DNA of 64,000 bases from Candidatus Woesearchaeota archaeon (GCA_018303405.1 JAGVYD010000014.1:9350-73349), one strand, 5' to 3'; numbered from the stretch's first letter, positions 9,102 through 18,333 are shown. Notes: generated by a model from the letters alone, not told the origin. Program-made: numbers and translations.

Positions 9102-9584
9102 TTATTCTTGCAATATCCTAATCGTCTCTCTTTGCACTTTTAATATCAATTCTTTTATTCTTTTTAACTGCTGTAAATCAATGCTTGTTTCAACGCCATA
9201 AGTTGAAATTTCCCTGCTCTCTTTTACTGTTGGATTTGTGATGCTCTTTTCAACATCAAGTGTATCAAATTGAGTAACCAAGTCTTTATCCAAGTTCAGT
9301 TTCTTCTCGTTTATCAAAGTGAGCAAAACAGTTATCGTACAAGTCTGATTTCTTGACTCATGGCCATATTTGGCGAGGATTGCTAAAAAGCAGTGATATA
9401 TGGAATAAAAGCCGACATTTAAAGCCCAGTCATATATTTTCAACCTTTCAAGTGTTTGCGCTACACTATAATTATACTCTGACTTCTTAACGTGCTTTTG
9501 CGCCAAATCCAAATCTGGCTTTGTTTTTATCAGTCTTTTTGGACCTTTCAAACACCATTTTAGATGCTCGCCTATTTGCAGCAT
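9102..9584 (-). CDS. HEPN domain protein (putative toxin)
   Basis: FYSIYHCFLAIL...GHESRNQTC and REISTY. Coupled to the upstream nucleotidyltransferase. Confidence 0.8.
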   Translation of the reverse strand: MLQIGEHLKWCLKGPKRLIKTKPDLDLAQKHVKKSEYNYSVAQTLERLKIYDWALNVGFYSIYHCFLAILAKYGHESRNQTCTITVLLTLINEKKLNLDKDLVTQFDTLDVEKSITNPTVKESREISTYGVETSIDLQQLKRIKELILKVQRETIRILQE

Positions 9585-10180
9585 TTTCTAACTACCTCAA
9601 CATATTTTTCAGGATTATGAAATACAAGACTCTCTGATAGTATACTATAAAAAATTTTGTCGTTTTTATTTAATGCAATATCCTTTTCTGCTATATCCAC
9701 ATATCTTATAGGTTTTTCAACTAATTCAGATTTTCTTATTTCATCCTTTATTTTTTTGATGTCGTTAGATTTTTTAGCATCATACATAAGCAAAATATCT
9801 ACATCGTTAAAATCCTTAGTTTTTATAGATGAACCAAAAATTAATCCCATTTCAATGCAGTCCTTAAATTTCTTCAAACTATGAGATACCACACTTAACC
9901 ATTTAGGGAAGTTTCTTTCTTCCAAACTCAGCATATACTCCATAAATTTTATTGCTAGCTTGTTGCCATATTCATAATAAAAAAAGACCGAATTCCCCAT
10001 GTCTTCTTTGGCTAATAGCTTTTTATCCACCAAAATATTACATAATTTATTAGCGTGAGCGTGATTTATATTCAAAATTCTAGCCAATTGCCTAGCGTTG
10101 TATCTATCCTTATAATGCTTAAACAGATAGTTGGCTATCTGAACTTCAATTTTTGTAAATTGTATGTTACTAACATCCAT
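9572..10180 (-). CDS. HTH + minimal nucleotidyltransferase (MNT antitoxin)
   Basis: N-terminal wHTH (NARQLARILNINH) and IFGSS...NDVDIL (GS-x-DxD). Confidence 0.8.
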   Translation of the reverse strand: MDVSNIQFTKIEVQIANYLFKHYKDRYNARQLARILNINHAHANKLCNILVDKKLLAKEDMGNSVFFYYEYGNKLAIKFMEYMLSLEERNFPKWLSVVSHSLKKFKDCIEMGLIFGSSIKTKDFNDVDILLMYDAKKSNDIKKIKDEIRKSELVEKPIRYVDIAEKDIALNKNDKIFYSILSESLVFHNPEKYVEVVRKCCK

Positions 10181-10248
10181 ATGTATGCTGAAAACATACA
10201 TAATATATAAATTTTATGATTTTAAGCCTATAATTTTTGCTTTTAGCA

Positions 10249-11360
10249 TGAGTGTGCCCCTTTACTATTGTCCTTGTAAGTGCACAATTAACCGAAAATT
10301 TTATATATTACGTGCCCTTACAGCATCATATGGCTTATATCGAAATATTAAAACGAAATAAAAAAGAGTATTATTACCTCACAAAAAATATAAGGCTTAG
10401 TTTAAACAAATGGAAGAAGATAAGGGTGTTCTTAGGGGATAAGAAACCTTCAAAAGAAGAACTAAAAAAATATGCCCGAGAAATAGAGGATAAATCAAAA
10501 CCTTTTTCAAAAATCTCAAATTATACATATCTTTCAGAGCATGATGCAGAAACCTTGCAGGATTTAAAGGAAAGCTACACAACTTGGCTTAAACAAATTC
10601 CAAAAAGTGTCAAGGAAAAACTGAATGAGGATTTCGTAATACGTTTTACATACCATTCCAATGCAATTGAAGGCAATCGGCTTACATTAAGACAAACCGC
10701 CCTTATTCTAAAAGATAAGGTAATACCTTCTGGAATACGTGCAGAAGATTACAATGAAGCAATAAACGGAAAAGAATGTCTGGATTATATAAACTTGTAT
10801 AAAGGCGAATTAAACACAAAATTCCTTGAAAGAATAAATGGGATTCTAACAAAAAACACTGGAGTTGTTTATGGAGGAAGAATCAGATTTTTTGATGTAC
10901 AGATACAAGGTTCAACGCATGTTCCGCCACCTCATGCTGAAGTCAAAAAGCACTTGCTCAACTTCTCTAAATGGTATAGCGCAAATAAGAATAAACTACA
11001 CCCATTTGAATTAGCAGTATTGGTTCATGCAAAATTGGCATGGATACATCCCTTTGAGGATGGAAATGGCAGAACTGCAAGAACAGTTATGAATTTTATC
11101 TTAATGAAAAAGGGTTTCCCTATGTTTTTTATACCATTTGAGAAAAGAGAAGAGTACTATCAATCATTAGATATTGCCGATAAAGGAGAATATAAAGAAT
11201 ACATCTCCAGAATGCTTCAGTTAATTATAGACCAGATAAGAAGTTACGGGCACAATAAGAAAGAATAATTCTTTGGATTGTGCACATACAATTACTTTTA
11301 ACAATAACTCCCCGATTCTTGCTACTATTTTTGTGAGTGTGCCCTTTGATTCTTGTCCTT
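10249..11360 (+). repeat. 27-bp imperfect direct repeat flanking the Fic gene
   Basis: tgagtgtgcccctttactattgtcctt (10249-10275) vs tgagtgtgccctttgattcttgtcctt (11334-11360), 23/27 identical. Confidence 0.8.
10330..11268 (+). CDS. Fic family protein
   Basis: HPFEDGNGRTAR Fic motif and YHSNAIEGN inhibitory helix. Confidence 0.93.
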   Translation: MAYIEILKRNKKEYYYLTKNIRLSLNKWKKIRVFLGDKKPSKEELKKYAREIEDKSKPFSKISNYTYLSEHDAETLQDLKESYTTWLKQIPKSVKEKLNEDFVIRFTYHSNAIEGNRLTLRQTALILKDKVIPSGIRAEDYNEAINGKECLDYINLYKGELNTKFLERINGILTKNTGVVYGGRIRFFDVQIQGSTHVPPPHAEVKKHLLNFSKWYSANKNKLHPFELAVLVHAKLAWIHPFEDGNGRTARTVMNFILMKKGFPMFFIPFEKREEYYQSLDIADKGEYKEYISRMLQLIIDQIRSYGHNKKE

Positions 11361-11665
11361 AAAGTATCGCTTCGCTCTTTTGATTGGACTGTGCGCCCCT
11401 GCGTCATAGCTATCCCCGGGACATTCGTCAGTCGATCGATGCCGAGTATGGTCGACGTTTTGGCAAGGCTTGACCGACTCCGAAAAATGGGCTCTACTCT
11501 GAAGGTCTCCGTCTCATTTTTCTCCGTCCAAATTCCATAAAAAATGCCATGCATTTTTGGGCGCCAAAAACCGAGGGTTTTTAGTGTTTTTCTGCAAGAA
11601 AATTAAGTGACTGAAAACAAAAACTTTAATAAATATTCAAAGTTGTTTATAATAAAGGAGAAACT

Positions 11666-11941
11666 ATGACAAAAAAGTCCATCGCAAATGGTGTTGCGCA
11701 CAATGTGCCAGAAGATATAAAAAAAACTTTGTCTTCCAATTCAGACATCCTTGAAAAATGGAACAACCTTACTCTGATTCAACGTAATGAGTGGATTTGC
11801 TGGATTACCATAGTCAAAAAGCCGGAAACGAGGGTTGAACATATACAGCGGATGGTTGCGGAACTAAAAGAAGGCAAACGCCAACCCTGCTGTTGGCCTG
11901 GCTGCCCGCACCGCAGACCAAAGGCAAAAAAGTGGTTTTGA
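11666..11941 (+). CDS. YdeI/OmpD-associated family protein
   Basis: VPEDI...WNNLT...RNEWICWITIVKKPETR...RQPCCWPGC. Confidence 0.85.
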   Translation: MTKKSIANGVAHNVPEDIKKTLSSNSDILEKWNNLTLIQRNEWICWITIVKKPETRVEHIQRMVAELKEGKRQPCCWPGCPHRRPKAKKWF

Positions 11942-11971
11942 CATACGTGGAGCACCAGCCCCTAACTTACG

Positions 11972-12151
11972 AAAACGTCGAGCTGGGTGAAAATGCCTTC
12001 TGATATTAGAAGGCTCGGCGGCGCCCTCTTTGCTGACCGCCGCTACGGCAATGTCTTCGTATATCACAACGGCGCGGAATCTTACTATGCCGCCAGGGCG
12101 TTCCGTGGCTCGCTAAGGGCCTGGATTTTACGCAGACAGCGAAGGTGGTAA
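11972..12151 (+). pseudogene. 3' fragment of a DUF4256-family gene
   Basis: Hand translation KTSSWVKMPSDIRRLGGALFADRRYGNVFVYHNGAESYYAARAFRGSLR matches my recollection of the DUF4256 C-terminus. The 5' part is absent. Confidence 0.75.
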
Positions 12152-12230
12152 ACCTTGCTACACGCTTCAGAAAAGTAACATAGTTCTAATGCATGTGTTT
12201 AAGGGATACTGTGCGCTTTTGTTTTTCTAA

Positions 12231-12614
12231 TCAAACAAACGAAGAATGCGCAGGAGGGGGCAAATCAGCCTTCCCTAATTTGCGAATTCTAAGCTCCAGT
12301 TTGTTATAATCATCCTTGTGTATCCGGTTCTTGTCAAAAACATCTTTTGATGCGCGGAAATGTTTGGTTATATCATTGCCTTCCTTGCTCCACAGGTCCA
12401 GGAGGTCCTTGGCTTCTGTATATCTTGTGGCAGTTCTTTTGGCAACTTGAAAAACTTGACCTCTTGGGTTCGGGACAAACTCATAATAGTCATACAGGAT
12501 TTGATAAACATAATCCTGCCTCAGTCTTTCTGGAAAACGCTCATACACCAGATCATCTGCATTTATGGTGTACAATTCCTGGTGCACATTTAGGGGCTCG
12601 CTCACATCTGCCAT
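12231..12614 (-). CDS. Hypothetical protein (paralog of the neighbouring gene)
   Basis: 127 aa ORF with a ggtga SD-like element. Aligns by eye with 12619-12993. Confidence 0.65.
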   Translation of the reverse strand: MADVSEPLNVHQELYTINADDLVYERFPERLRQDYVYQILYDYYEFVPNPRGQVFQVAKRTATRYTEAKDLLDLWSKEGNDITKHFRASKDVFDKNRIHKDDYNKLELRIRKLGKADLPPPAHSSFV

Positions 12615-12618
12615 TTTC

Positions 12619-12993
12619 TCACCCTTGCTTCTGTTCATGGGCATCCGCCTTGCCAGCCATTGGTACCTGGCGTATTTTCCTTATTTTCACTTCCAGATTT
12701 TCAAATGTATTGGTGTCAATCAGGCCATGTTCCAGCGTCCCCAAAGTCCATCTCAAATCATCAACAATCTCTTTGCCTATTTTCCTCCACAGGTGTTGGA
12801 TATTCATGGCATGGACCTGTATAGTCTCATCACGCCGATGCTCAATCCGGAACTGGGTGCCTATATATGCCTGGCCGCACGCAATGATAGGGTATGTTAC
12901 TTCGTAAAGGTATATGGGACGGGGAGTCTTCCGGTCATAGTATTTTTTAAGCGCGTCGGCCACTTTTATTGTCAGGTATTCTTGTTTTGCCAT
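12619..12993 (-). CDS. Hypothetical protein
   Basis: 124 aa ORF with ggtga SD-like element and AT-rich promoter upstream. Paralogous to 12231-12614. Confidence 0.65.
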   Translation of the reverse strand: MAKQEYLTIKVADALKKYYDRKTPRPIYLYEVTYPIIACGQAYIGTQFRIEHRRDETIQVHAMNIQHLWRKIGKEIVDDLRWTLGTLEHGLIDTNTFENLEVKIRKIRQVPMAGKADAHEQKQG

Positions 12994-13112
12994 ATTCTCA
13001 CCAATATTACTATTATATAATAGTTAATAGTGTATACCAATATTTAAAATTATTTAATAATTTTTCATAAAAAACAACAAAATTTATATAATAATTGTAG
13101 TAAAATAAGGAT

Positions 13113-14093
13113 ATGGGCAATTCGCAACTCAAATTGACAGCCATTGACAGAAAACTGCTTTATGAGCTGGATATGGATGCACGGCAGTCCATATCGGCGT
13201 TGGCAAAAAAAACCAGGTCAAGCCCCGCAGTCATTGAGTACCGGATGAAAAGGATGGAAAAATCAGGCCTGATCAGGAAGTATATCACCTTCCTTGATGC
13301 GGGCAAGCTGGGCCTGATGGTTTGGAATGTCTATCTTAAGCTGCAGAACGCCACAAGCAAGGAAGAAAAGGAAATCCTTGATTATCTCGCATCATTAAAA
13401 CGGACCTGGTGGGTGGCCTCCTGTTCAGGGAAGTGGGATATCATCTATAGCCTGTGCGTCAAGGATGTAAAGGAATTTTACTCAATTGCAGCTGATGTCC
13501 ATAACAGGTATGGGGAATTCATAACCGACCAAAACATAGAGGCGCATGCTGAAGTTGAGATAATTTCGCGCGGGTACTTCGTTAAGAAGGGAGGCATGGG
13601 CTCGACGTGGTACAAGGCAATAGAAAAAAGCATGATAGATGGCAAAGACCTGAAAATCCTCAAGGCCATTGCAGAAAATGCCAGGTTAATGTCGACAGAT
13701 GTGGCAAAAAAAACAGGATTGACATCAAGGATTGTGTCTTATCGCATAGCTGAGCTTCAAAAAAATGGGATCATCCATAGGTTCAGGCTGGTCTTGGATG
13801 TATCCAAGATAGGGATGAGCTTCTATAAGGTTGTGGTGCACCTGAAAAACTACACTGAAAGGAAAAATTTTGCCCTCAAGCAGCATTGCATTGACGAGGG
13901 GAATATATTCCATTATGAGCAGAAAATAGGCTCCTGGATGCTGGAGCTTGAGCTTGACGCCGGGAATTATGAATCAGCTGACAGGCAAATGAAAAGGATG
14001 AAGGAAAAGTTCCCTGATTTTATTAGGGACTATGAGCTTCTGCTGATTACCGGAGAGCCAAAGGCGGAATTGGACCTTACCAAGCAGATCTAA
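13113..14093 (+). CDS. Tandem (double) Lrp/AsnC transcriptional regulator
   Basis: Two HTH-RAM units: IDRKLLYELDMDARQSISALAKK and KDLKILKAIAENARLMSTDVAKK. Confidence 0.9.
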   Translation: MGNSQLKLTAIDRKLLYELDMDARQSISALAKKTRSSPAVIEYRMKRMEKSGLIRKYITFLDAGKLGLMVWNVYLKLQNATSKEEKEILDYLASLKRTWWVASCSGKWDIIYSLCVKDVKEFYSIAADVHNRYGEFITDQNIEAHAEVEIISRGYFVKKGGMGSTWYKAIEKSMIDGKDLKILKAIAENARLMSTDVAKKTGLTSRIVSYRIAELQKNGIIHRFRLVLDVSKIGMSFYKVVVHLKNYTERKNFALKQHCIDEGNIFHYEQKIGSWMLELELDAGNYESADRQMKRMKEKFPDFIRDYELLLITGEPKAELDLTKQI

Positions 14094-14171
14094 AGAAACA
14101 CCACATCGGGCATGGTCATTGTTCACCTGGGAATAAATAAACTTTAAATAGGTGTCCATGGTTAATTTTTT

Positions 14172-15359
14172 ATGACTAGGGAGGCCTCACATTACCTTGT
14201 AAAATCAATTGTGCAGGCAGTAAAGCCTTGGTTTCAGTCGGAACAGATTATTGCAGTTCTGGAAAGAGTTATCAGCGAGAATCCGAAACTTGTCTTCAAA
14301 GCCGGAATTAATCACCTTATGCGCGTTCCGAGGATATGGCAGAATTCTGAAAAATTCGAAGCAAAATACAAATTTCCAGGGCCCAGGGTCATTTTTATTA
14401 ACCCTGGTGAATATTGTCAGCTTCAATGCGATGGCTGCGGTACGCATGACAAATCAACTGAAAAACTTAAATTAGAAGAGATGGATTCCATTGTAAACCA
14501 GGCAAAAGAACTTGGTTCACATTCTATTGTTCTTCTGGGCAAAGAACCCCTCCACCCAAAAACTTCGGATGATGTTTATAGCCTGATTGACAATCACAGA
14601 GACATGTTCTTCTTTGTTTTTACAAACGCAATAAATTTAGAAAATAGATTCGTCGATTTAACGCAAAAAAATGCTAATATTTTTTGGAATTTGAGCGCTG
14701 ACGGAATTGGGGAATATTCTGAAAGGTCGCGTGGGAGAGGATCCTTCAGGTTTGTCGAGGATGCAATGGACAGGTTGCATAAAGCGAAGATTCCGTACGG
14801 AATCTCCTTTACTGTAAGAGAACATAACCAGGACCATCTTTCAGATCCGGAGACACTGAAATTTTTCAATGATAATGGGGCAGTTGTGGCTCTTTTTTTT
14901 CCTTACGGTCCGGCAAATGGTTGGTATAAGGGTGTGATGATGACATCTAAAGAGCGAGCTGCATTTGACGAAAGAATTAAGCATATCCAGGATGAAACGC
15001 CGATGGTTTTGATAAATTATGTTGACAGGTTGAAATATGCTGGTTGCGCAGCGGGCAGAGGGCATTTTTATGTAAGGTCTTCAGGAGAAGTGTTGCCTTG
15101 CTTTACAACCAGCTTCTCAATGGGCAATGTTAAAGAAACACCATTGGAGCAAATAATTACTTCTCCGGCAGCGAGACAATTTCGTGAATTGCATGAAGAA
15201 GGTGGGAATGCCTGCCTGGTTCTAAATCTGCCTCATCGCATTATGGACCTTGCAAGGCAGCAAAATTTGCCGCAGACAGATCCTACTGTTGCAAATGTCG
15301 CAAGATTAATTGCAGATGATCCTCTATACAGACAGGAATATCATGCAGGACCGAAATAA
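14172..15359 (+). CDS. Radical SAM protein with SPASM/Twitch-like C-terminal domain
   Basis: CQLQCDGC (CX3CX2C), GKEP, and GCAAGRGHFYVRSSGEVLPC. Confidence 0.88.
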   Translation: MTREASHYLVKSIVQAVKPWFQSEQIIAVLERVISENPKLVFKAGINHLMRVPRIWQNSEKFEAKYKFPGPRVIFINPGEYCQLQCDGCGTHDKSTEKLKLEEMDSIVNQAKELGSHSIVLLGKEPLHPKTSDDVYSLIDNHRDMFFFVFTNAINLENRFVDLTQKNANIFWNLSADGIGEYSERSRGRGSFRFVEDAMDRLHKAKIPYGISFTVREHNQDHLSDPETLKFFNDNGAVVALFFPYGPANGWYKGVMMTSKERAAFDERIKHIQDETPMVLINYVDRLKYAGCAAGRGHFYVRSSGEVLPCFTTSFSMGNVKETPLEQIITSPAARQFRELHEEGGNACLVLNLPHRIMDLARQQNLPQTDPTVANVARLIADDPLYRQEYHAGPK

Positions 15360-15426
15360 TTCCTGTTTAACCATTCTCCCTCGTAAAATCACAATATTTA
15401 AAAACACCAAAGTTATTTTACCGTCG

Positions 15427-15567
15427 ATGCCAAAGAAATGCATTATATGCGAAGGCCCTGCAGTCTTTTCAATTAGGGGCACGAATGATTTTTACTGCTT
15501 CGAGTGCGCAACGGAGAATTTTGCAGACATCAGCGTCCTCGAAAAGCTTGAAGCGCCTCAGCAATAA
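15427..15567 (+). CDS. Small zinc-finger protein (46 aa)
   Basis: MPKKCIICE...YCFECA; TATA-like tttaaaa about 30 nt upstream. Confidence 0.65.
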   Translation: MPKKCIICEGPAVFSIRGTNDFYCFECATENFADISVLEKLEAPQQ

Positions 15568-15620
15568 AAAGTATTAAATACCGCTGATTCTAAAAAACAA
15601 GTGCTTGCGGAGGGTTCACC

Positions 15621-17039
15621 ATGGTCTTGGAGCATTTTCGGCGAAAGATGAAGGCTAATCATGGTTTGCTGGAGAACACCATGATAATAGCGGTCACTTC
15701 AGTGCTTGCGAACATGTTCAATTATATCTTTTATTTTTACACTGCAAGAAAGCTTGGCCCTGAGCAGTACAGCGTCTTCGGGGCGCTGCTTTCCATATAT
15801 TTCATATTCTTCTTTCTTACGAACATAATGAACTATATTGTGATTCAATACGTCTCCTATTTCCGTGCAAAGACACAGTTTGACAAGATCAGGAGGATGT
15901 TTGACCTTACAACAAAGTCCATGACAATAGTGGGTTTCTCCATATTTCTTGCCCTGGTTATATTGAGCGCGCCAATAAGGCATTTCATAAAGCACGACTC
16001 CATTGTGCCGATTGTGTTCCTTGGGCTGTTTATCTGGGCTTATGTCATCCTTGCAACATTTTTTGGCATGCTTAACGGGAACCAGAAATTCAGGTTTCTG
16101 GGCGCCGGAAGGGTGACAGATGGTTTTTTCACCCTGGTCTTCGGCGCAGTCTTCCTCAGCCTCGGCATGGGAGTCTCAGGCGCCCTGCTCGGCCTTTTCT
16201 TTGCGGCCCTGCTTACAATCCCGTTTGTGATTGTGCCGCTGAAATTCCTCTTTTCCATCCAGCCGGCAAGGATTGGCGATGTTGGCATACTGCCTTACAT
16301 CCTGAAGTCAATCGGCCTTTCGCTTATAATTGGCATCATGCTGAATATTGACGTGATAATGGTTAAGATATTTTTTACCAGCCTGGACGCGGGCTATTTT
16401 GCAGCTGCATCGCTGATGGGCAAGATTATATTCTTTGTGTCAACAGGGATGCTCTCTGTGATGTTCCCCAAGGCAGCGGAATTGCACAGCAATGGTGAGG
16501 ACAGCAGCCCTTTGCTCAAGGATGCCTTGACCTACACTGCAACAATCGGTTTTTCCATAACCTTGCTCTACCTGGTATTCCCTAATTTTTTTGCGCACAT
16601 ACTTTTCAGCGCTGATTACAAAATAGCAAATCTGATAGGCCTTTATGCGCTGAGCACGACATTTCTTGCGCTTACAAATGTGTTTGTGATGTACAACATG
16701 GCAATCAAAAGATTTTCAACTGCCTTTACATTGCTGCCCTTTGCTGTCCTTGAGATAGTGGTCATAAGCGTTTTCCGCAGCTCGTTGTTTGTGGTGCTTT
16801 CCCTTATGTGCCTGACTATGTTCCTCGCATTTGTCTCGATTGTTTATTTCAACCAGGAGGAATTCCTCAAGATGTTCAGGAAAACAACAGGCTACAGGAA
16901 GTATCCTGTCTCGGCCTATTTGCGGCTCAAGACAGAGTCCGACAGTAATAATAACCGGCACACTTCATCCAGGAAAATCAAGATGGAAGAGCTGGATGAG
17001 TTTCTCGATTTGAGCGACATCCCGGATAAAAAAGAGTGA
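15621..17039 (+). CDS. Oligosaccharide flippase (Wzx/MOP family)
   Basis: ARKLGPEQYSVF and about 12 TM segments; AGYFAAAS...MFPKAAE. Confidence 0.85.
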   Translation: MVLEHFRRKMKANHGLLENTMIIAVTSVLANMFNYIFYFYTARKLGPEQYSVFGALLSIYFIFFFLTNIMNYIVIQYVSYFRAKTQFDKIRRMFDLTTKSMTIVGFSIFLALVILSAPIRHFIKHDSIVPIVFLGLFIWAYVILATFFGMLNGNQKFRFLGAGRVTDGFFTLVFGAVFLSLGMGVSGALLGLFFAALLTIPFVIVPLKFLFSIQPARIGDVGILPYILKSIGLSLIIGIMLNIDVIMVKIFFTSLDAGYFAAASLMGKIIFFVSTGMLSVMFPKAAELHSNGEDSSPLLKDALTYTATIGFSITLLYLVFPNFFAHILFSADYKIANLIGLYALSTTFLALTNVFVMYNMAIKRFSTAFTLLPFAVLEIVVISVFRSSLFVVLSLMCLTMFLAFVSIVYFNQEEFLKMFRKTTGYRKYPVSAYLRLKTESDSNNNRHTSSRKIKMEELDEFLDLSDIPDKKE

Positions 17040-17054
17040 CGCAAGGGATCTTAA

Positions 17055-17218
17055 GGTGCTATAGAAAATGTAAGTCTTGCCATCGTTTATGCGAGCATTT
17101 CAATGCCACAGAAGCACATGCAAAGGAGATTGCAAGAGGAATTTGCATCTTCACGCTGAGCCAGAGCATGCGAGCTGATGGCAAGACCGAGGCGTTAGCC
17201 GAGATTTTCTACAGCGCT
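17055..17218 (+). mobile_element. MITE copy A1 (164 bp)
   Basis: TIR ggtgctatagaaaat/attttctacagcgct; close inverted copy at 53784-53947; degenerate 9-bp TSD ggatcttaa/caatcttga. Confidence 0.8.
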
Positions 17219-17261
17219 CAATCTTGAGCAAAGTTTCTATATTGGAGTCAAAAGAAAAACA

Positions 17262-18008
17262 TTATTGCTGGATTGTTTCCGTGGTTTCCACGGAATTTTC
17301 AGATGATTGGTCAGGCTGCACATCCCTTGCCTGGCCTGAGTCCTGCTGGCCCTGCCTTGGAGATGGCCTTTCAGGCATTTTTCTTTCCAAAAGCTCGGAT
17401 GGCCTCTTTGTTTCTTCACTGGCCTTGCTCAGCTCCTGGCCAGGAATTGTTTCAAGGACGCGTAGTTCAGCAATGGACAGTGGGTAGGTTTTTTTGAGAT
17501 GGTCCCTTAACGCCCTTTGGACTTTATAGTTTATGACATCCATGAACAGGGTCAGGTAATTTGATTTTGTGACAACTGCTTCCAGAAATGCAAGCGCTTC
17601 CTTTCTCAGGCTGATGTGGATTGATTTCCTTGTCTGTGACTTGGTTACGAACATGGGCTTCAGTTTCATCTTGATGCCGTCTGCAGAACTGCACTTGAAG
17701 GAATAGTCAAGCTTGTCCTTCTTTCTCCTCACAATCCTTCGTATGCTGGATGAAACAATTGAATAAGAAACAGGGTATGCTATTCCCTTTGCGCCGACAA
17801 CCTTCTCAACCCTGAACTTCAGGTTGATATTTTGGTTCTTTGGATTTCCGGTCAGGCTCATCAGGTTTGCCTGGATGTGCCTTCCCTTCATCTGGTCAGG
17901 CATTTCCAGCGGCAGCTCGCCAATGAATGTTTCGCCAAAAGTCGAATTGGTATAAACCTGGTACCAGTTTTTTCTCTTGATTCTAAGCTGTGATTTTTCT
18001 GTAGCCAT
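17262..18008 (-). CDS. rps3ae: 30S ribosomal protein S3Ae (eS1)
   Basis: KRKNWYQV, GRHIQANLMSLTG, IRRIVRRKKDKLD and LKKTYPL. Confidence 0.85.
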   Translation of the reverse strand: MATEKSQLRIKRKNWYQVYTNSTFGETFIGELPLEMPDQMKGRHIQANLMSLTGNPKNQNINLKFRVEKVVGAKGIAYPVSYSIVSSSIRRIVRRKKDKLDYSFKCSSADGIKMKLKPMFVTKSQTRKSIHISLRKEALAFLEAVVTKSNYLTLFMDVINYKVQRALRDHLKKTYPLSIAELRVLETIPGQELSKASEETKRPSELLERKMPERPSPRQGQQDSGQARDVQPDQSSENSVETTETIQQ

Positions 18009-18114
18009 TTTGCCAATGAATTGGGACTAATGAACCCTTTATAAAGTTATCTGAGGGATGGCTCTGTTTTAGCAGGTGTTGCTGCCAGCATTTTCAACAG
18101 CACATAACAAAACA

Positions 18115-18333
18115 AGCTTAGCAGAAAACTTCGCCTGAAGGCTCAGGTTTTGCCATCGGCTCGCATGGGCATCTTACTCACGAGGGCAGTTTTCTCCCTG
18201 GAGCTTAACGATTTTTGGAATCGCTTAAGTGCCGAACGAGCAGAGCGAGTGACCGCACTCCGAAAACTGCTGCCTGCCTTATTTCCAGGTGCTCGCGGAA
18301 TTGATGGCAAAACGTAAACTTTCCTGCTAAGCC
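18115..18333 (-). mobile_element. MITE copy C (219 bp, longer variant)
   Basis: TIR gcttagcag/ctgctaagc; inner gttttgccatc/gatggcaaaac; TSD acaaaaca at 18107 and 18334; shares ttgccatcggctcgcat with copy A2. Confidence 0.75.

Larger units (their letters stand above)
8505..12151. mobile_element. Integron-like, largely AT-rich accessory gene array upstream of the integrase start
   Basis: Shift to low GC; short stand-alone accessory genes (DUF1801, HEPN/MNT, Fic, YdeI) framed by repeats; GTTATAC at 8525 and CTTATAAC at 9045. Confidence 0.55.

Noticed and set aside
7327-12200. Prophage or integrative element inserted in the tRNA-Lys 3' end
   Set aside because: I found no second copy of the tRNA 3' end (attR) and no viral or conjugation genes in the window.
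17036-17227. 63-aa ORF and a similar ORF at 53781-54068 with near-identical Cys-rich peptides
   Set aside because: Both are translations of MITE copies A1 and A2. The same applies to the ORFs over 18143-18364, 44762-44980 and 56727-56933.
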